Shown here one piece after another: positions 59,448 through 64,000 of a stretch of DNA of 64,000 bases (positions within the stretch are counted from its first letter, which is position 1; every line of letters starts with the position of its first letter). A model generated the notes under the pieces. It worked only from the letters and a program-made list of their open reading frames with translations. It was not told the origin of the DNA and made no database searches. A program made the translations under genes and the position numbers. The DNA is from Bacteroidales bacterium (lineage in GTDB: Bacteria > Bacteroidota > Bacteroidia > Bacteroidales > ML635J-15): NCBI GenBank assembly GCA_027858835.1, contig JAQIBY010000009.1, positions 19,151 through 83,150 of the forward strand, in the 5' to 3' direction.

Positions 59448-59519
59448 AATCCAAGATTAAAAGGAATTGGAAAGCTGAATGAGTTTATGTAAATTTACCG
59501 TGTAAAAAATGTACATAAC

Positions 59520-60674
59520 ATGACAAAAATACTGGTCATTGACGATGAAAAAAGCATTCGAAATGTGCTTTCAGACGTTCTGCCTTACGACGTGGATTTG
59601 GCAGAGAATGGGAAAGAAGGACTAGAAGCCTTTAAAAAAGGAAGTTATGATGCTGTCCTTTGTGATATCAAAATGCCGGAGATGGACGGAGAAGAAGTGC
59701 TTGAAAAAGCAATGGAATTTAATCCGGAAGTCCCTTTTATTATGATTTCAGGACATGCAGACATTGACACAGCCGTTGAATGCATAAAAAAAGGTGCTTT
59801 TGATTTTATTGAAAAACCACCGGATTTAAAGCGTTTACAGATTACTATAAAAAATGCAATCGAGAAAAAAGACTTGGTTTCCGAAACCAAAATACTGAAA
59901 AAGAAAGTCAGCAAGCGATTTGAAATGATTGGGGATTCGGAGCCAATGCAAAAAATCCGGGAAATGATTGACCGCGTTGCTCCAACGGATGCTCGTGTGC
60001 TTATTACCGGATCAAATGGAACTGGGAAAGAACTGGTGGCACATCATCTGCATGAAAAAAGCAGCCGTGCCGGCGCTCCTTTTGTTGAAGTAAATTGTGC
60101 CGCCATTCCGTCAGAATTAATAGAAAGTGAGTTATTTGGGCATGAGAAAGGCGCTTTTACATCTGCACATAAACAACGGAAAGGGAAATTTGAACAAGCT
60201 AATGGCGGAACCATCTTTTTGGATGAAATCGGAGACATGAGTTTATCTGCGCAAGCTAAGGTTTTAAGGGCATTGCAGGAAAATAAAATTTCACGTGTCG
60301 GTAGCGATAAAGACATTAAAGTTGATGTACGGGTTTTGGCTGCAACCAATAAAAATCTGAGAGATGAAATTGAGAATAACAACTTCAGAGAAGATTTATA
60401 TCATCGCCTCAGCGTGATTATTATTGATGTACCTTCACTGAATGAACGCAAGGATGACATTACATTGTTGGCAGATTATTTTTTGGAAGTTATTTGTCAG
60501 GAGCATGGAACTCCGAAAAAGGTACTCACTGAGGGTGCCTTAAAAGCATTGCAAAATTACAACTATACCGGAAATATTCGGGAATTCCGAAATTTGATAG
60601 AACGTTTGATTATTCTGTCACCTGAAAAAATCACAGAAAAAGAAATTCAATCTTTTGCTTATCCATTTGATTAA
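59520..60674 (+). CDS. sigma-54-dependent response regulator (REC + AAA+) with no C-terminal DNA-binding domain
   Basis: REC domain (DDE...D...KMPEMDG). AAA+ domain with GSNGTGKE, GAFTSA and FLDEIG. The protein ends 21 aa after the NLIERLIIL helix, so there is no room for a Fis-type HTH. Confidence 0.85.
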   Translation: MTKILVIDDEKSIRNVLSDVLPYDVDLAENGKEGLEAFKKGSYDAVLCDIKMPEMDGEEVLEKAMEFNPEVPFIMISGHADIDTAVECIKKGAFDFIEKPPDLKRLQITIKNAIEKKDLVSETKILKKKVSKRFEMIGDSEPMQKIREMIDRVAPTDARVLITGSNGTGKELVAHHLHEKSSRAGAPFVEVNCAAIPSELIESELFGHEKGAFTSAHKQRKGKFEQANGGTIFLDEIGDMSLSAQAKVLRALQENKISRVGSDKDIKVDVRVLAATNKNLRDEIENNNFREDLYHRLSVIIIDVPSLNERKDDITLLADYFLEVICQEHGTPKKVLTEGALKALQNYNYTGNIREFRNLIERLIILSPEKITEKEIQSFAYPFD

Positions 60675-62125
60675 TGCCTATGCGAAAAGAAACAGATTTT
60701 ATCGGAGAATTGGAAATTCCTGAATCTGCATTGTATGGGATACAATCCATGCGGGCAAAGGAAAATTTCCCTTATGCTTCAGCTTTTCATCCGAAATGGT
60801 ATCAGGCAATGGGAACGGTAAAACTTGCAATGTTTCAGTGTATTGAGAAATTTCAGCATGATGCTCAAAAAAAGTACGGAAAAATTGAAAGTTTAAACGT
60901 GATTTCTCAGGACATTCTGTCTGCAATGTCACAAGCTGCTGCTGAAATTAGTGAATCGGCACATTATGAGCATTTCATTGTGCCTGCAGTACAAGGTGGA
61001 GCCGGGACAAGCATCAACATGAATGTCAATGAAATTATTGCAAATCGAGCCTTGGAAATTTTGCAAAAATCGCCCGGGGATTATCATACAATTCACCCGA
61101 TAGAGTATGCAAATCGCTATCAGTCAACCAATGATGTTGTCCCAACCGCTTTGCGAGTAGCTGTCATGCAAATGCTTAATGAACTTGAGGATAAAATCAA
61201 TCAATTGCGTTTTGGTCTTGAAACGAAAGAGAAAGCATATCGCGACAGTTTAAGAACAGCATATACACAAATGCAGGAAGCCGTGCCGTCAACTTTCGGG
61301 AAATTATTCAGTGCATATAACGATGCGCTTTCGAGAGATTGGTGGAGAGTTTCTAAGTGCTTTGAACGGATTAAACTAGTCAATCTCGGTGGCTCAGCTA
61401 CCGGAACCGGCTTAACTGTTCCTCGTTATATCATTATGGAAGCTGTTCGCGAATTGCAGAAAATCACAAAACTCCCAGTCACGCGCAGTGAAAATTTGGG
61501 TGATGCAACGGCTAATTTAGATGCCTGGGTTGAAATTCACGGCATTTTAAAAGCACATGCCGTTAATTTGGAAAAGATTAGCAGCGATTTGCGTTTGCTT
61601 GCAGCCGATATCAATAAAGATAAAAGCCTGAAAATTCCTCAGAAACAAATCGGAAGTTCAATTATGCCCGGAAAAGTGAATCCGGTGATATCCGAATATC
61701 TGATTACCATTGCACATAAAGTGTATGCAAATGATCAATTAATTTCTGGATTAAGTGGGCAAGGCGTGTTGGATTTGAATCCATATTTGCCGGAAATCGG
61801 TGATGCCATGCTTGAAAGCCTCAGCCTTTTACTTGCCGGAAATGAATCGCTGTTAAAGCACCTTATTTCAGGAATGCAGGTTAATTCTGAAAACTCAAAA
61901 CAGCAACTGTATCTAAGTGCCAGTATTGCAACAGCACTTATTCCGCTTGTCGGATATACAAAGGCAGGAGAATTGGCTCAGCACATGCGAGAATATAAAA
62001 TTGATATTTTTGCAGCCAATGCAGAGTTGAAACTTGTCGATGTAAAGAAACTTAACAAGGCATTGCAAGCAGAAAATTTAATGAAACTGGGATTTACCAT
62101 AGGCGATTTGTTGTTGTCTGAATAA
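60674..62125 (+). CDS. aspartate ammonia-lyase-like enzyme (fumarase/aspartase superfamily)
   Basis: Signature GSSIMPGKVNP. GGAGTSINMN and QSTND favour aspartase over fumarase. The start overlaps the upstream stop (TAATG). Confidence 0.75.
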   Translation: MPMRKETDFIGELEIPESALYGIQSMRAKENFPYASAFHPKWYQAMGTVKLAMFQCIEKFQHDAQKKYGKIESLNVISQDILSAMSQAAAEISESAHYEHFIVPAVQGGAGTSINMNVNEIIANRALEILQKSPGDYHTIHPIEYANRYQSTNDVVPTALRVAVMQMLNELEDKINQLRFGLETKEKAYRDSLRTAYTQMQEAVPSTFGKLFSAYNDALSRDWWRVSKCFERIKLVNLGGSATGTGLTVPRYIIMEAVRELQKITKLPVTRSENLGDATANLDAWVEIHGILKAHAVNLEKISSDLRLLAADINKDKSLKIPQKQIGSSIMPGKVNPVISEYLITIAHKVYANDQLISGLSGQGVLDLNPYLPEIGDAMLESLSLLLAGNESLLKHLISGMQVNSENSKQQLYLSASIATALIPLVGYTKAGELAQHMREYKIDIFAANAELKLVDVKKLNKALQAENLMKLGFTIGDLLLSE

Positions 62126-62185
62126 TCCGCTCGGAAATTTTTTTAGTGAGATTTAATCAATAATTTTGCCGATAATAATTTGCTT

Positions 62186-62773
62186 ATGAATAAAGAGATA
62201 AAATATTACGCCCATGAAACAGCAGTTGTCGATGCAGATTGTCAAATTGGTGAAGGCACAAAAATCTGGCATTTTTCTCATGTAATGAGTCATTCCGTAA
62301 TCGGGAAAAATTGCAATCTCGGACAAAATGTGCTTGTTTCTCCCGATGTGGTGCTCGGGGACAATGTAAAAGTACAGAATAATGTGTCAATTTACACCGG
62401 CGTTGTTTGTGAAGACGATGTGTTTTTAGGACCATCTATGGTATTTACCAATGTAACAAATCCACGCTCAGGAGTAAACCGCCGAGGTCAATATGAAAAA
62501 ACATTGGTGAAAAAGGGAGCAACAATTGGTGCGAATGCAACCATTGTTTGTGGTCATGATATTGGCGAATTTGCATTTATCGGAGCCGGAGCCGTGATCA
62601 CAAAAACCGTAAAAGCTTACGCATTAATGGTCGGTAATCCTGCCAAACAACTCGGCTGGATGAGCGAATACGGACATCGCTTGCATTTTAACGATGAGGG
62701 AATTGCAATTTGCCCCGAAAGCAAAGCAACATATCAATTAAATGATGATGAAGTCAAAAAAAATACAGAATAA
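62186..62773 (+). CDS. wbpD: hexapeptide-repeat N-acetyltransferase, WbpD-like (UDP-2-acetamido-3-amino-2,3-dideoxy-glucuronate N-acetyltransferase)
   Basis: LbH repeats and the block VWHF.H..........GQNV......V.IQNNVS.Y..V..E..VF.GPSMVFTNV.NPRS are shared with WbpD/WlbB as I remember them. I prefer the ATG at 62186 over the TTG at 62180. Confidence 0.7.
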   Translation: MNKEIKYYAHETAVVDADCQIGEGTKIWHFSHVMSHSVIGKNCNLGQNVLVSPDVVLGDNVKVQNNVSIYTGVVCEDDVFLGPSMVFTNVTNPRSGVNRRGQYEKTLVKKGATIGANATIVCGHDIGEFAFIGAGAVITKTVKAYALMVGNPAKQLGWMSEYGHRLHFNDEGIAICPESKATYQLNDDEVKKNTE

Positions 62774-63723
62774 TGGAACAAAATAATCCCACAAATTTCG
62801 GACTGATTGGTGTCGCAGGATATATTGCAATTCGCCATATCAAAGCAATTAAGGAAACTGGAAATGAACTTTTAGCCTGTCTTGATCCTTTCGATTCAGT
62901 CGGCTTCATTGATTCATATTTCCCCAATGCTGATTTTTTTAAAGAATTCGAACGTTTTGACAGGCATCTTGATAAACTCAGACATCAGGATCAAAAAATT
63001 GATTATGTCAGCATTTGCTCACCAAACTATTTGCACGATTCACACATCCGCTTTGCACTAAAACAGGGAGCCCATGCAATTTGTGAAAAACCATTGGTCT
63101 TAAACCCATGGAATCTTGATGGACTAAAGGAGGTTGAAAAAGAAACCGGCAAAAAAATCAATAATATTTTGCAGTTACGCTTACATCCATCAATTATCGC
63201 GTTGAAGGAGAAGATTGATAATGGTCCGAAAGACAAAGTTTATGACGTGGATTTGGCTTATCTGACAAGTCGCGGAAACTGGTATCATTACAGTTGGAAA
63301 GGTGATGTGAATAAATCCGGAGGGATTTCAACAAATATTGGCGTGCATTTTTATGATATGCTGACTTGGATATTTGGTGATGTTAAGGAAAGCATTGTTC
63401 ACGAGCATGGTACACACAGAGCAGCTGGATTTTTACAGTTAGAAAAGGCACGCGTTCGCTGGGTGTTAAGTGTGGACGAGAATGATCTACCCAAAGAAGT
63501 AAAAGCAAAAGGACAACGAACATACCGATCGATTACCGTTGAAGGTGAAGAAATTGAATTTTCACAAGGTTTCACGGATCTGCACACATTAAGTTATCGT
63601 GAAATTTTAAAAGGCAACGGTTTTGGATTAGAAGCCGCCAGAAAAAGTATTGAAGTCGTTTATAGCATAAGAAATTCCCAGCCCGTTGGATTGAAGGGTG
63701 ATTATCATCCATTATGCAAATAA
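62773..63723 (+). CDS. wbpB: Gfo/Idh/MocA oxidoreductase, WbpB-like (UDP-GlcNAcA 3-dehydrogenase)
   Basis: Strong resemblance to WbpB (GVAGYIA.RH..AIK.TGN...; YVSICSPNYLH; ITSRGNWY..SWKGD; NIGVHFYDML; YRSITV.GEE.EFS.GFTDLHT.SY.EIL). Confidence 0.8.
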   Translation: MEQNNPTNFGLIGVAGYIAIRHIKAIKETGNELLACLDPFDSVGFIDSYFPNADFFKEFERFDRHLDKLRHQDQKIDYVSICSPNYLHDSHIRFALKQGAHAICEKPLVLNPWNLDGLKEVEKETGKKINNILQLRLHPSIIALKEKIDNGPKDKVYDVDLAYLTSRGNWYHYSWKGDVNKSGGISTNIGVHFYDMLTWIFGDVKESIVHEHGTHRAAGFLQLEKARVRWVLSVDENDLPKEVKAKGQRTYRSITVEGEEIEFSQGFTDLHTLSYREILKGNGFGLEAARKSIEVVYSIRNSQPVGLKGDYHPLCK

Positions 63724-63783
63724 ATGTCATTTTTTACTTTTGAAAAAAGATCTATTTTTACAACAAATTTAATTTGAGAATCC

Positions 63784-64000
63784 ATGTACAACGCTATTGT
63801 TAAGAAAGAAAAGAAAATTGCAGTGATTGGTTTAGGGTATGTAGGTTTACCGATTGCCCTTGAATATGCAAAACATGTCCAAGTCATTGGGTTTGACATT
63901 AAACCTGAGCGGGTAGAGTTAATGAAAAAAGGAATTGATCCCAGTAATGAACTGGAAGCTGCCGATTTTGAAAATCGTGATATCCTGTTTACTGCGAATG
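63784..64000 (+). CDS. nucleotide-sugar dehydrogenase (WbpA/UDP-GlcNAc 6-dehydrogenase-like); 3' end lies outside the window
   Basis: Hand translation gives MYNAIVKKEKKIAVIGLGYVGLPIALEYAKHVQVIGFDIKPERVELMKKGIDPSNE..., which carries the Rossmann GxGYVG motif. The frame is open to the window edge and the ORF is absent from the ORF track. Confidence 0.8.
   Translation, partial: MYNAIVKKEKKIAVIGLGYVGLPIALEYAKHVQVIGFDIKPERVELMKKGIDPSNELEAADFENRDILFTAN

Noticed and set aside
1-64000. A window-wide search for mobile elements, prophage genes, CRISPR-Cas, restriction-modification, toxin-antitoxin pairs, retron or DGR reverse transcriptases, and rRNA or tRNA genes.
   Set aside because: None of the translated ORFs shows transposase, integrase, RT, Cas or nuclease-defence signatures. 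No long terminal repeats or tRNA-like sequences were seen. The only accessory-looking gene is fic.

Overview
This is a gene-dense, AT-rich chromosomal segment that looks like Bacteroidota. The evidence is gliding/T9SS genes (gldH, PorQ-like, PorZ-like), two proteins with T9SS C-terminal sorting domains, and TAnnTTTG-type -7 promoter boxes. Most of the window is housekeeping: dxr, rseP, rdgB, recO, nrdJ, waaA, ybeY, dut, rnhA, efp, rbfA, trmB, holB, cysS and hemW. Between these lie envelope and polysaccharide genes: two tandem Wzz-like proteins, a Wzy_C-type ligase/polymerase, a flippase, a GT2, and a WbpD/WbpB/WbpA-like set at the right edge. I found no rRNA, tRNA, CRISPR array, transposase, integrase or recognisable defence system. 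The ORF track misses three things: a 56-aa 2x[4Fe-4S] ferredoxin (43514-43684), the 5'-truncated gene at the left edge, and the 3'-truncated gene at the right edge. The most unusual signals are non-coding. (1) An isolated ~170-nt element at 42981-43150 is ~61% G+C by hand count, has nested helices and mutually exclusive pairings, and does not look like any RNA family I recognise. (2) Three phased 27-bp palindromes (TGTAAAG-N13-CTTTACA) cover the promoter and 5' end of an AT-rich class II Fic gene. (3) A 450-bp convergent gap (50539-50986) carries repeated hairpins, each followed by AGCAGA. Protein-level oddities are a sigma-54 activator with no DNA-binding domain that is translationally coupled to an aspartase-like lyase, a Cys-less alkyltransferase-like (ATL) protein, and an FNR-like regulator in an operon with a futalosine-type radical SAM enzyme. 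All product calls rest on motifs and remembered family features, not database searches.
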